Shown: positions 46,325 to 55,964 of the stretch, piece after piece
Position numbering within the stretch: position 1 is the stretch's first letter
Layout: every line of letters starts with the position of its first letter
Translations under genes and position numbers: made by a program
From: Myxococcota bacterium
Lineage (GTDB): Bacteria; Myxococcota_A; UBA796; GCA-2862545
Length of the DNA: 64,000 nucleotides
NCBI GenBank assembly: GCA_039208735.1
Contig: JBCCQY010000009.1
Coordinates: 1 to 64,000 of the forward strand
Direction of reading: 5' to 3'
Notes under the pieces: generated by a model
The model's input: only the letters and a program-made list of their open reading frames with translations
Database searches by the model: none
Told to the model about the DNA's origin: nothing

Positions 46325-47149
46325 ATGATACCCGACGAAGCCCTCGTCGACCGGATTCCGGTCCGCACGCCCACCTTGCCCCCCGCCACCCATACCAACG
46401 TGTGGTGTTTGGGCGATCGCGCGATCACCGTGATCGATCCCGCAAGTCCCTACGAAGAAGAACAAACCTTGCTCTTCGAAGGACTGCAGGCTCGCATGGA
46501 CCAAGGGGCGCGGATCGAGCGCATCGTGCTCACCCACCATCACCCTGACCATGTCGGGGGGGTGGTCGCCCTCCGGGATCGCCTAGCCGCGATGGGGCAA
46601 GTCGTGCCTATTCTGGCGCACGACGCGACCACCGCCCTCGTGGATTTCGACGTCGATGCCTCGCTCTCCGATGGCGATGCGATCGATGTGAGCGGGGTTC
46701 AGTGGGTGGCCCGGCACACCCCGGGCCACGCCCCCGGCCACCTGGTGCTGCATCAGCCTGAAACGGGGGTCATCGTCGCCGGCGATCTTGTGGCGGGCGT
46801 CTCCACGATCATCATCGATCCGCGCGAGGGCAACCTCGGCCACTACCTTGCGAGCCTTGAGGCGGCGCGGGCCTGGAACCCGACGGTCCTGCTGCCTGCC
46901 CACGGCGATCCGCTTCCACCGCAGATCTTGACCGACTACATCGACCATCGACACGCTCGTACCGATCAGATCCGAGCGGTCCTGGCGCCCCGACCCGGCT
47001 CGGCGCCGCTCGACTTGGTGCCCGAGATCTACCCCGAGCTGCCAGAAATGATGCATGGCTTCGCGGCGATTCAGGTGCTGGCCCACCTGCTGTGGCTGCA
47101 GGAACAGGGCGAAGCGGTCACGACCGAAGGTCAATGGGCGATGGCCTAA
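46325..47149 (+). CDS. MBL-fold metallo-hydrolase (LACTB2-like)
   Basis: THHHPDH, TPGHAPGH, AGD and PAHG. Confidence 0.92.
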   Translation: MIPDEALVDRIPVRTPTLPPATHTNVWCLGDRAITVIDPASPYEEEQTLLFEGLQARMDQGARIERIVLTHHHPDHVGGVVALRDRLAAMGQVVPILAHDATTALVDFDVDASLSDGDAIDVSGVQWVARHTPGHAPGHLVLHQPETGVIVAGDLVAGVSTIIIDPREGNLGHYLASLEAARAWNPTVLLPAHGDPLPPQILTDYIDHRHARTDQIRAVLAPRPGSAPLDLVPEIYPELPEMMHGFAAIQVLAHLLWLQEQGEAVTTEGQWAMA

Positions 47150-47219
47150 GAACCTTGGTTTTCGATGGTTGGCCCTTCGTTTGGAGGGCATCGCGGGTGA
47201 CCTGTGGTACGGTGTCGGG

Positions 47220-47435
47220 ATGGGTCCACTTGATCGATACGCGTTTCGTGTCGTGGTCTCGCTCGCCCTGCACGGCACCCTCGCGGTGGTCGCAGTGGTC
47301 GGGGCCGCGGTTCTCGCCTTCCCTCACCCGCTCGTGGCATCGTTGCTAGGCCTTGTGGCAGCGGCCAACGGGTTGCTTGGGCTCCGCGCCCATTATCGCC
47401 TCATGAGTCACCTACAGGCCCGCCAGGTCCGCTAA
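47220..47435 (+). CDS. Small 2-TM protein
   Basis: Two hydrophobic segments in a 71-aa ORF. Confidence 0.5.
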   Translation: MGPLDRYAFRVVVSLALHGTLAVVAVVGAAVLAFPHPLVASLLGLVAAANGLLGLRAHYRLMSHLQARQVR

Positions 47436-48108
47436 CGTCGGCCCGTTCGATGAGGCGTCGCGCGGCCAGGAGTTGAAACCCGGGCGTTCCAACGCCACGG
47501 AGCAGATTGTCGAGAATGGCGTCGGCATTCGGGCGAATCGGTTCAGGGAGCGTTTGAGCGGCGATGAGGCTCGTCCACCACCAGGCCAAGGTGGGATTGG
47601 GGTCGAGGGGTTCGATCATTTGTGCGTCGATGGCGGCGCGGAGCCGTGTCAACATGGCCTGCACCATTGGACCGGCGCGCTCGCCAAGCCAAGCCCCGTC
47701 CTCGTCACTGGGGGGATGCGCCCAAAGGTGAACCAAGAGTCCATGATGGACCGGGTCGGTGCTGGCGAAGCGCAGGCCCATTTGCAGGGCCACCACCACG
47801 TGGGCGAGCGCACGAACCGCTTCGTCGGCTGGAGGGCGGTCTACCCGGCGCCAACGGTTGTCCACCCGCCGCCACAGTCGGTCGATGGCGCGGCCTTGAA
47901 GTTCAGTAACCATCCGATCTTTGGAGGGGAATGTCCGATATAGCCCTCCGACCGCGACACCAAGGGCCTTCGCCAGCCGTGGCATCGTGAGGCGCTCAAG
48001 GCCCTCATCTTCGACCATTCCAAACGCGGCATCGAGGATGGCGCGGTGTTTTCGCTCTTGTTGCTCAAGACGGCGGATTTGCTTGAGGTCGAGCTCATCG
48101 TCGGACAT
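47401..48108 (-). CDS. TetR/AcrR family regulator
   Basis: ILDAA...GLERLTMPRLAKALGVAVGGLYRTFPSK. Confidence 0.88.
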   Translation of the reverse strand: MSDDELDLKQIRRLEQQERKHRAILDAAFGMVEDEGLERLTMPRLAKALGVAVGGLYRTFPSKDRMVTELQGRAIDRLWRRVDNRWRRVDRPPADEAVRALAHVVVALQMGLRFASTDPVHHGLLVHLWAHPPSDEDGAWLGERAGPMVQAMLTRLRAAIDAQMIEPLDPNPTLAWWWTSLIAAQTLPEPIRPNADAILDNLLRGVGTPGFQLLAARRLIERADVSGPGGPVGDS

Positions 48109-48320
48109 GCGCGGATTCTATGTCAGCGACCTCCGAAATTTCGAGGCCTGCGCATTTTCCACGGCAGCCTTGCCTCTCGGTGAGAGCGACGCTGACAAGT
48201 TGATCTTGGTCCATGCATCCTGTCGGGGCGGCGAAATCCGAAGAGGGACGGCTCCCAACAAGTCGGCTCCTGACCGGGCCTTTGAGGGATGACAGGTTAC
48301 GGCAGCCCGCTGGAGGGCGC

Positions 48321-50549
48321 ATGGCAACCGACGTTCGCGGAGGTACCGTCGCGAAGGACCGGCTCTCGGCTCTGATGAGCCCGGTTTGGACAGGTTTGGT
48401 CGCCGAGCGGGGACCTGGTGCGGCACGCGCGGCATTGACGACGCTGCTCAACGCGGGGGCGCTGGATGGTTGGTGTGGACACACCACGCACGGCGACCGG
48501 GCTGTGGGAGCCGTGGCGGGGGTGGATGCCCCGGCGGCGTTGCGCCGACAGCTTGCGTCGGTCGTGGTGGGGCGACGTGCGCTGTGGCCTGACGATCGCC
48601 GCATGCTCGAAGCGGATGCGCTCACCGGAGACGACGACCCGCGCGTGGAGCCTGGATGCGCGGATCTGGACGGCCCGCGCGCGGGGTGGTGGGGGGTTCG
48701 CTTGCTGGTCGAAGCGCCTCCCGTTTCGAGGTCGGAGCTGGCCACCCGGCTCGCCGCGTTGCCTCGGGCGTCGGTGCGCGCCGCATTGCGCCACATCCTG
48801 GAGACCGCTCCCGTTCCCGACCCAGTCGTTGACTTGGTGATCGCCGCATTCGAGATCGTCGGAGGCCCGGGTCGGGAGGCCGCAGCGCTGGCTCGGCTCG
48901 CTGCCGACGAACACCTGCCCACCCAACTGCGCGAAGTGGCGTGGCGCGTCCTCATGGACCACGACGGCGTCGATCTCGAAAAGGTGTTCGACGAGGTTGG
49001 AGCCTCTCGCATCACGGAGCTTTCGCAATTGGGATTCGCGGTCGGGGTTCGACGGCTGGGCGGTTCCACCGAATTGTCGCGTGACCTGGTGGACCAGGTG
49101 CGGGCCCTCGATCCCACCCGTCGAAGGGACTTGCTTGAGATGATCGAGGACGCCCGTCGCATGGAGGGCATTCCCGCCGCTGCGCTCTACAGCCCTTTGT
49201 TGGTGGCTCGAATTGCCCCTGAACTCGACGAAGCGCTGGTGCGGTCCTTGGTCGAGGACGGGGGACGGTTGGCCGAGGATGCCATTCGGCGCACGCTGGA
49301 TGAAGAACCGGATTCCGTGGCGCAGGCCCGCCTTCGTCGAGCGCTCCTCCTCATGCGGACGCGTCGCATCGAGCCGCCTGTTGACCGGGGAGACGGGGCG
49401 CGTGCGTGGGTGGGCCTTTGTGATGGGCGAGGGGACTTTCCGGTCGTGCTCGCGACGCCAAATCCTCGGGGGCAGCATCGGGTGGTTTCGCTATCCGTTC
49501 GGGCGGGCGGCGAAGTACGCGATGGGTTTGTGCTCGATGATTTGCCCACTGCACGGTTGAAGCTGATGCTCGAGCAATACGGTGCCACTGCCCAATTGTT
49601 CGAGGTTCGCCCCGCCGAAGCGGCGGCTTGGGTAGCGGTTGGCGTTCGCCAAACCCAAGGTGGATTGGCGGGGTTGCCGGGCTCGTTGCAGCGAGCGAGT
49701 GACGAGATGCTGCGTCACCTGCATCACCGGGTTGTGCATGAGGATGGGCCCGAAGGGGCTCGCATCACGCTGGCTGCGTGTCGCGCGCTGTTTCGCCGTC
49801 CTCGGCTCCAAGGGTGGTGCCTCGACGCCAGCGACCGCGAGGCCTGCGACATCGGGGAGGCTCCTCGGCTGGCGAGTGCCTTCGCCATTTGGGCCCGTGA
49901 AGGGGCGCGTAAGGTCAGTCAGACCAGACGAATCCGTCAGCGACTGGCGGGCATGACGCGACACCTTGCAGAAGTGTTGCAGACGGTCGAAGACCCAGAA
50001 GCGCCCTTGGCTCTTGGAATTGCCCGAGCCCTCGCCTCGGGTCGAGGGGAGACGTTTTTGCGAGTGGTTCTCGAACACACCGCCTTTCATGCGCTCCCAC
50101 CCGATGAGCCGATGCCCCTTCGGTTTGGGGACGAAGGACAGCGCGAGGACCTTCGGCGGATCTTGTCACCACGGGTGCCCTCGCACCTCGACCTTGCGAC
50201 CCTCGACGTCATTGACTGTGTGCTGTCGTCAGAGCCGTTGTTGGTCCAAAATGAGGGGGAACTCGCCGACCTACGGCCCGATCTTCGGCGTTCTGTGCTG
50301 TTCGAAGCGGGTCGCGCCATGGTCGAAGTGTTGCGCACGTCGGACGCCGACTTGGCCACCGTGGAGGACGCCCTCGCGCGGGGGGGCCTTTCGGAAGCGT
50401 CGGCCGCCCGTGCGGCCCAACGTCTGGTGAGGTTGGGCCAACAGTTCCGTGCCGAAGTCTGTGCGGAGTGTCCGGTTGCGTGTTGGCGGACCCCGAATCG
50501 GCCCGCGGGGGGGCGCTGGAGAGGGCCGGGACATCCCGCCTATCGGTAG
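48321..50549 (+). CDS. Large helical hypothetical protein with C-terminal CxxCPxxC
   Basis: GGAGGG RBS, long open frame and CAECPVAC. Start is uncertain. Confidence 0.7.
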   Translation: MATDVRGGTVAKDRLSALMSPVWTGLVAERGPGAARAALTTLLNAGALDGWCGHTTHGDRAVGAVAGVDAPAALRRQLASVVVGRRALWPDDRRMLEADALTGDDDPRVEPGCADLDGPRAGWWGVRLLVEAPPVSRSELATRLAALPRASVRAALRHILETAPVPDPVVDLVIAAFEIVGGPGREAAALARLAADEHLPTQLREVAWRVLMDHDGVDLEKVFDEVGASRITELSQLGFAVGVRRLGGSTELSRDLVDQVRALDPTRRRDLLEMIEDARRMEGIPAAALYSPLLVARIAPELDEALVRSLVEDGGRLAEDAIRRTLDEEPDSVAQARLRRALLLMRTRRIEPPVDRGDGARAWVGLCDGRGDFPVVLATPNPRGQHRVVSLSVRAGGEVRDGFVLDDLPTARLKLMLEQYGATAQLFEVRPAEAAAWVAVGVRQTQGGLAGLPGSLQRASDEMLRHLHHRVVHEDGPEGARITLAACRALFRRPRLQGWCLDASDREACDIGEAPRLASAFAIWAREGARKVSQTRRIRQRLAGMTRHLAEVLQTVEDPEAPLALGIARALASGRGETFLRVVLEHTAFHALPPDEPMPLRFGDEGQREDLRRILSPRVPSHLDLATLDVIDCVLSSEPLLVQNEGELADLRPDLRRSVLFEAGRAMVEVLRTSDADLATVEDALARGGLSEASAARAAQRLVRLGQQFRAEVCAECPVACWRTPNRPAGGRWRGPGHPAYR

Positions 50550-52336
50550 AACGTCCAGTCGTCCTTGGCCTTCACCAACCGATCGATCGCGGTTTCGATT
50601 TCGACGGGTAGGGGGGCTGCTTCGGAGCGGTCCTCAAGGGCGCGTACGAAGCTTGCGGCGCTTGCGGCTCGCGTTTCGGGCGACGCACTCGAGAAGACCT
50701 CCCAGCGTCGTGCGAGGTCGCGATCGTCCATCACCAAGGGAGCCACGGTCGCTTCTTCGGCTTCAACGGCAACGATGAACGCTTGGTCCGCGCGATCGTC
50801 TTGGGTCGAGAAGAACCAATAGCCGGTCACCGCAAGGGTGGTGATCAGGAGGCCAAACAGGGTGCCGCCGAGGATGACCCGTGCCACCTGGCCAAAGGTC
50901 GCGCCACCCCCTTCGTCACGGATGTGAGTGCGGCTACTGGGGCGAATGATGTTTTGCGCGGGTTCCATGGCCTGAGCAGCCGCAAATCCCGGGGACGGAA
51001 GAGCCAGGTCATCGGGCTCATCGAAGTATTGGACGCCCATGAAGGACTCGCCCCCTGAGGGGGCACTGGGCGGCGGCGCGTAGGTGGCGGGCGCGGTGGA
51101 TGGCGGCGGTTGCGGCGTCATGTGGGGAGGAGGCGCTGGCGTCGAGTAGACGGGGATGGGCATGCCACCAGGGCCCGTATTGCGGGTGGGTCCACTGTTG
51201 CCGGTGTGATGCTGGGGCCCGCGATTGCCAGTGTGGTGCCGCGGACCTCGATTGCCGGTGTGGTGCCCTACGAGGGGACCACTGTTTCGGCTGGCCGACG
51301 GGGGCGTGGCCGAAGGACTTCCCGTGCGGGGAGCAAACGTCGGCGTCGACGTTCCCGGCGGCACCGTCGCGTCATCGTGAAAGCTCGAGGAAGAGGGCTG
51401 GGAGGGAGGGTCCGGCGGGCCGAAGACCTCGCGCGGCTGGGGCGTATCGAGGTGCGGTGCGATCTCGGTCAGGATCGCGTCCATGCCGTCGTACTGGCTG
51501 CGATCTGGAAAATCCTGGGTGGACTCCAGCCAAGGCGCTGACCCCTGGGCCGGCGGGAAGTTGCCCTGCGCCTGCCGCAGCGCATCGTAGAGGCTCGACG
51601 TGGTGTAGCGCTCGGTGGGGGCAAACGCGCAGGCTCGATGCAACAACGGTCGCAGGGAGCGCGGAATCGCGGAGAGTAGACCCTCGTATGCCTCGGCATA
51701 AAAGAGGTCAGCCGAAGGTTTCCCGGCGAGCAACATGTAGAGCAACGCCCCGAGGGCGTAGACGTCAGTCGTGGCGTCGGGTTGCCACGCCTGTCGGAGT
51801 TCAGGGGCGAGGTGCGCCCAGTCTGCGCCAGCTCGCGTCTCGGGGGTGTCGCGGAGGACGGCGCGTTGCCCGAACGATGTGAGAACGGCCGAGCCGTCCT
51901 CTGAGAACTGGACCACATCGGGACGAGGGTGCCCGTGGACGATGCCGCGGGGGTGAGCCCAGGCGAGGCCTTCGGCGCATCGTGTGACGACTTGCAAAGC
52001 CCATTCTGGTGCCACCCCACCCCGACGGCGGAGGTGGTCGCTCACCGAGCCTACGAGCCGATCCCGAACCACGTAAACTACGGTTCCATCCGTGCCGACG
52101 TCGATCACGCGTTCAAGGGCCGGATGCTCGAGCTTCGCGGCCCACTGGGCGACCGCAAGCATGCGACGGCTGGCTGCCTCGTCGCCAGGACGGGCCACCC
52201 GAATGGATCGCCATCGCTTGAGACGGGTGTCCCAGGCCAACAACGATGCGGTGTTCGCATCGGTCGCCTGGGTGCGCATAAGTTCGTACCGACCTGCAAG
52301 CTTCAGCGGAACCGGGGCATGAAATGAACGTGGCAT
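50540..52336 (-). CDS. Membrane-anchored Ser/Thr kinase-like protein (pseudokinase)
   Basis: LAGRYEL, LEHP, HLAPE and TDVYALG are retained while the catalytic motifs are degenerate. Pro-rich linker and one TM helix. Confidence 0.85.
   Translation of the reverse strand: MPRSFHAPVPLKLAGRYELMRTQATDANTASLLAWDTRLKRWRSIRVARPGDEAASRRMLAVAQWAAKLEHPALERVIDVGTDGTVVYVVRDRLVGSVSDHLRRRGGVAPEWALQVVTRCAEGLAWAHPRGIVHGHPRPDVVQFSEDGSAVLTSFGQRAVLRDTPETRAGADWAHLAPELRQAWQPDATTDVYALGALLYMLLAGKPSADLFYAEAYEGLLSAIPRSLRPLLHRACAFAPTERYTTSSLYDALRQAQGNFPPAQGSAPWLESTQDFPDRSQYDGMDAILTEIAPHLDTPQPREVFGPPDPPSQPSSSSFHDDATVPPGTSTPTFAPRTGSPSATPPSASRNSGPLVGHHTGNRGPRHHTGNRGPQHHTGNSGPTRNTGPGGMPIPVYSTPAPPPHMTPQPPPSTAPATYAPPPSAPSGGESFMGVQYFDEPDDLALPSPGFAAAQAMEPAQNIIRPSSRTHIRDEGGGATFGQVARVILGGTLFGLLITTLAVTGYWFFSTQDDRADQAFIVAVEAEEATVAPLVMDDRDLARRWEVFSSASPETRAASAASFVRALEDRSEAAPLPVEIETAIDRLVKAKDDWTFYR
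51185..51265 (-). repeat. Three 27-nt coding tandem repeats (HHTGNxGPx)
   Basis: HHTGNRGPR HHTGNRGPQ HHTGNSGPT. Confidence 0.85.
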
Positions 52337-52415
52337 GGCTATCCGAGCAGCGCGTTCATCCTATCGGACGCCGCGCGCCACGCGACGTAGCATGTTCATC
52401 GCCTTTTTGCGGACG

Positions 52416-52847
52416 CTAGGGCGTTTCGGGAGATTTCGTGTCGTTCTCAGGCGCGTTCGCGTCGCGTTCTTGCAGGACCACTGCACCATCTTCGGTCCGT
52501 CGCTGCGGGGATTTGCCGATGACCTGAATACCGGTGGTTGCGGCCACGACGACCTTCTCTGCCTTGGACAGGTCGAGCGTCAAGAGATCGGTCTTCTCTT
52601 CGGGCACCGCGATCTTCGTCGTGATCTTGAACGGATCTTGGCTGCCGGTGACTTCGAACGTGTGAACGCCTTCGATCAGCGCCGTCTCAACAGGCAGCTT
52701 GCCCAGTCGCCAGCCGTCGACGCGCACCGTGTCACCTTCACGGCCTGGAAGTTCAATTTTCACCTTGACTTCACGGTACTCCGTCTTCACGATCTCGACC
52801 TCTGGGGTCGGGTCCGCCACGGCGGTCAGGGTCCACATCCACCACAT
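52416..52847 (-). CDS. Secreted protein with PEGA-like domain
   Basis: GGAGGG RBS and VRVDG..LGKLP....L.EG.HTFEV. Confidence 0.65.
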   Translation of the reverse strand: MWWMWTLTAVADPTPEVEIVKTEYREVKVKIELPGREGDTVRVDGWRLGKLPVETALIEGVHTFEVTGSQDPFKITTKIAVPEEKTDLLTLDLSKAEKVVVAATTGIQVIGKSPQRRTEDGAVVLQERDANAPENDTKSPETP

Positions 52848-53086
52848 TTCACATCCCTCCAGCGCGCCGCTTCTTAGCGTCTGGACGGGCAGTTTGCCTC
52901 CGCCTTCAGCGCGTCCGCTCGATAAGGCCCGTATCAACGTCGCTGGCACAGGGAAGTGCTGCTGTGACCAAGACGATCCCATTGTCTCATAGGCACCTGC
53001 GCACGACTTCGATGGTGGGAACGGTTCTCCTCAACGGCCAGCAGTACCATTCGTGTCCTGAAGGAGGTTTCGCTATCTTGGGGCAG

Positions 53087-53656
53087 TCAGTAGCTCACGG
53101 TGAAGTCAACGTTGGAGGTGCTCATCGTACCTTCGATTTCGAACAGCATCGTGTCGCCATCGCCACAGTCGGTGTCCTCGAATTCTCCTGAGAACTCAAA
53201 TGCAATGCAAGACTCGGACGCGGCCGTGAAGGTGAGACCACCACTGACCCCTGCGAACCCGTCGCTCTCTTTCGAGCTGCACCGTCGCATGGGGTTGTAC
53301 TCGGCGAAGATGGCCACATCCGCCGCGTCGCCACCGAACGACCCGGGAATTGGAAAGAACGCCCCTGGCTCGATGGTCCGGTCCACACTGGTCGCAAACG
53401 ACGTGAAGAGCCTTGCGTTTACCGTTCCCTCCGTAGGCCCGGGAAGGCGAGCGTCGTACTGGAAGAATGAGACTCCCTTGCCATAAGGAACGGTGAGCGA
53501 ACCCTCGGTGTTGGGCAAGAGGAACGCTTCACCTTCGAGAACAAAGGAGCCCTCGTCGAGGCAGTTACCATTGGCCGCTCCGCCGCCGCCTCCTCCACCT
53601 GCCGCATCACATGCTCCCAAGATGCTAGCTGAGACCACGATCATTCCAAGTCGCAT
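53087..53656 (-). CDS. Hypothetical lipoprotein
   Basis: GGAGG RBS, LGAC lipobox and poly-Gly linker. Confidence 0.75.
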   Translation of the reverse strand: MRLGMIVVSASILGACDAAGGGGGGGAANGNCLDEGSFVLEGEAFLLPNTEGSLTVPYGKGVSFFQYDARLPGPTEGTVNARLFTSFATSVDRTIEPGAFFPIPGSFGGDAADVAIFAEYNPMRRCSSKESDGFAGVSGGLTFTAASESCIAFEFSGEFEDTDCGDGDTMLFEIEGTMSTSNVDFTVSY

Positions 53657-53780
53657 GCTGCCTCCTCCGACCTCGTGCGGTCGAGCGAGGGCACTGTGCC
53701 ACAATCCGGTGAGTCGCGACGTCATCAGGTTGGCGTGTGGTTCACACGCCGTGTCCATGGAGTGCCAAACGGTCGCGAAA

Positions 53781-54806
53781 CTACCAGTAGACGATGGCCA
53801 GTCCGTTGTCTTCGAGCACCGAAACCGACATCAAGCGGCCGGTTGCATCAAGGGTGAAGGCGGTCCGGGGAGAGGTGGGGAGGTCACAAACCCCTGCGAC
53901 CGCTTGCCAAGGCCCATCCCCCTCTCGTCGCAGGATGCGGGGAACGTCGCCGGACAACAGTTCGACGTCCCCTTGCGACACCGTGACGTGCCCGTCGGTC
54001 CAGGCGGGGCGGATGGAGAACCACAACGCATCGTTCGGCTTTTCCCCTTCGTCTGGCGGCGGAGGAGGCTCGCGGGGCACGACGCTGGGCGGAGGGCCTT
54101 CGGTGACCCTCCCCTGGCGTGTGTCGAGCCAAAGGCGCCGTTCGGTACTCTCGCCAATATCGACGACGACCTCGATTCGATCGCCGTCATGGCTCGTCAG
54201 CGTGAGGCGCTCATACGGGACGGGGTTGCGAAGGCCAGGGACGTTGAGATCGACGCGATCGACCTCGAAGGGCTTGACCGGCTCGAGTCCGGTGTACACG
54301 GCGGATGCCACCCAGGTGAGCGCGTCATCCCCAACGTCGCCACAGGGGGCCGAGGCCACCGCCTCCACCAGCGCGGGCTCGAGGCTGCAGGTCCATGCGA
54401 AAGCCTCGCGCGCTTCGTTGCCGCGGTAGTCCTCGACGGTGCTTGGGTCGAAAGGAAAGACGGCATCGGGCGGTGGACCGTCGAGCACTTGCAGGTCCCA
54501 GGCGTGGCACATCTCGTGTCGGAGGGTGGTGACTTGCCAGTCTGCGTCGTCCTCAGTGATGCGAACGTCGCGCAGCACGGCCCGGTAACGCCCTCCAAAA
54601 CGCGCAGGATTTTCGCGGACCCGAATCCGACCTACACACACCCTGGCCGGAGCTACGGCTTCGGTAAAGTCGGCCCATACGGCCTGGAGGCGTTCGACGA
54701 CGGGGTCATCGGCGTCGCGTCCGCCGATGCGCAACCCTTCGTCGTCGGCCGTACACACGCCGCGGCACCCCGCGAGCCATCCCACACCAAGGAGGCCCCA
54801 CCACAT
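53781..54806 (-). CDS. Lipoprotein with HExxH zincin motif
   Basis: LAGC lipobox, TLRHEMCHAWD and downstream EAREAFA. Confidence 0.7.
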   Translation of the reverse strand: MWWGLLGVGWLAGCRGVCTADDEGLRIGGRDADDPVVERLQAVWADFTEAVAPARVCVGRIRVRENPARFGGRYRAVLRDVRITEDDADWQVTTLRHEMCHAWDLQVLDGPPPDAVFPFDPSTVEDYRGNEAREAFAWTCSLEPALVEAVASAPCGDVGDDALTWVASAVYTGLEPVKPFEVDRVDLNVPGLRNPVPYERLTLTSHDGDRIEVVVDIGESTERRLWLDTRQGRVTEGPPPSVVPREPPPPPDEGEKPNDALWFSIRPAWTDGHVTVSQGDVELLSGDVPRILRREGDGPWQAVAGVCDLPTSPRTAFTLDATGRLMSVSVLEDNGLAIVYW

Positions 54807-54808
54807 CG

Positions 54809-55945
54809 CTACGTCTCGCGCGGCTTCAAGGGGAGCTGTTCACGCAACTCGGCCACCCGACGGTGAACGCTGCGGGCCTCCTGCCCGCTGTAGTGCTCGA
54901 GGCCCTCGTGGAGCCGTGAGTCGGCCAGCCAGTGGCTCGAACGTGTGATCGTAGGCTCAAATCCTCGACGGTACTTGTGACCGCCCCCGTGCCCGGGTTC
55001 GAACACCTTCAAGCCTCGCCGAATGCACTCTTCAATCGCCTGGTAATAGCAGACCTCGAAGTGCAGGAAGGGGACGTGGTCGTCCGACCCCCAGTACCGA
55101 CCATAGAGACGGTCGCCCTTGATCACATTGAAGGCGCCAGCGACAATTCGATCCCCATCGCGGGCGGTGACCAGGTGAAGCCGGTCTCCCCAGTGTTCAC
55201 CGAGAAACGCGAACATCTCACGCGACAGGTAGACCCGACCCCACGGGCCAAACTGCCGGCAGGTGTTCTGGTAGAACCGGTGCATCGCCATCAGTCGGTC
55301 CATGGACGGATTCACGGTGGCTTCAAGGGTGACGCCGCGAAGGTCTTTGCGCTCTCGACGGATTTTGTTCCGTTTCTTGCTCACGAACCGAGCTAGCCAG
55401 TCTTCAAACGTCTCGTAGCCTTCGTTGTTCCAATGAAACTGGAACTGCAGACGCTCGAAGAGGCCTTGCTCGGCCAGCCAGTCGGCTTCGTCCTTGGTGT
55501 CGAAAAGGACGTGGATGCCGTGGCAATCCTCGGCCGCCGCGCGCAGGCCTTGAAGCAAGCCCAACCGGACGGTTTCAGGGTCGTTGACCTCAGGGTCGAC
55601 GAGCAAACGTTGTCCGGTCGCCGGCGTGAAGGGGATGCCGACGACGAGCTTCGGGTAGTACTCGAGCCCGGCTCGATGCGCGGCGTCCGCCCATCCGTGA
55701 TCGTAGACGAATTCCCCCATCGAATGCGCAGTCGCCCAGGCTGGAGCGGCGCCGATGAGATTGTCATCATCGTCGTGGACGGTAACGGGCCGCGCCGCCC
55801 ACCCGGTGTCGGGCACGGCACAGCCGAGGTCCTCGAGACCCGACAGAAAGATGTGTTCGAGGAACGGTGAACCCTCGGGCCCGACCAACCGGTCCCATGC
55901 GGCCCCATCGACGGTGTCGTAGCCGCTGTGCACGATGACCTTCAT
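54809..55945 (-). CDS. GNAT/FemAB-like (DUF482) protein
   Basis: HSMGEFVYD..WA, YYPKL...PFTP.TG, LYGRYWG and LHFEVCYYQ. Confidence 0.92.
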   Translation of the reverse strand: MKVIVHSGYDTVDGAAWDRLVGPEGSPFLEHIFLSGLEDLGCAVPDTGWAARPVTVHDDDDNLIGAAPAWATAHSMGEFVYDHGWADAAHRAGLEYYPKLVVGIPFTPATGQRLLVDPEVNDPETVRLGLLQGLRAAAEDCHGIHVLFDTKDEADWLAEQGLFERLQFQFHWNNEGYETFEDWLARFVSKKRNKIRRERKDLRGVTLEATVNPSMDRLMAMHRFYQNTCRQFGPWGRVYLSREMFAFLGEHWGDRLHLVTARDGDRIVAGAFNVIKGDRLYGRYWGSDDHVPFLHFEVCYYQAIEECIRRGLKVFEPGHGGGHKYRRGFEPTITRSSHWLADSRLHEGLEHYSGQEARSVHRRVAELREQLPLKPRET

Positions 55946-55964
55946 GGTCACGTTCGTACCATCC

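Noticed and set aside
48121..48197. tRNA gene
   Set aside because: No T-loop or D-loop consensus on either strand; kept only as a weak structure candidate.
51185..51265. 27-nt repeats as a CRISPR array
   Set aside because: They are contiguous in-frame coding repeats with no spacers and no cas genes.
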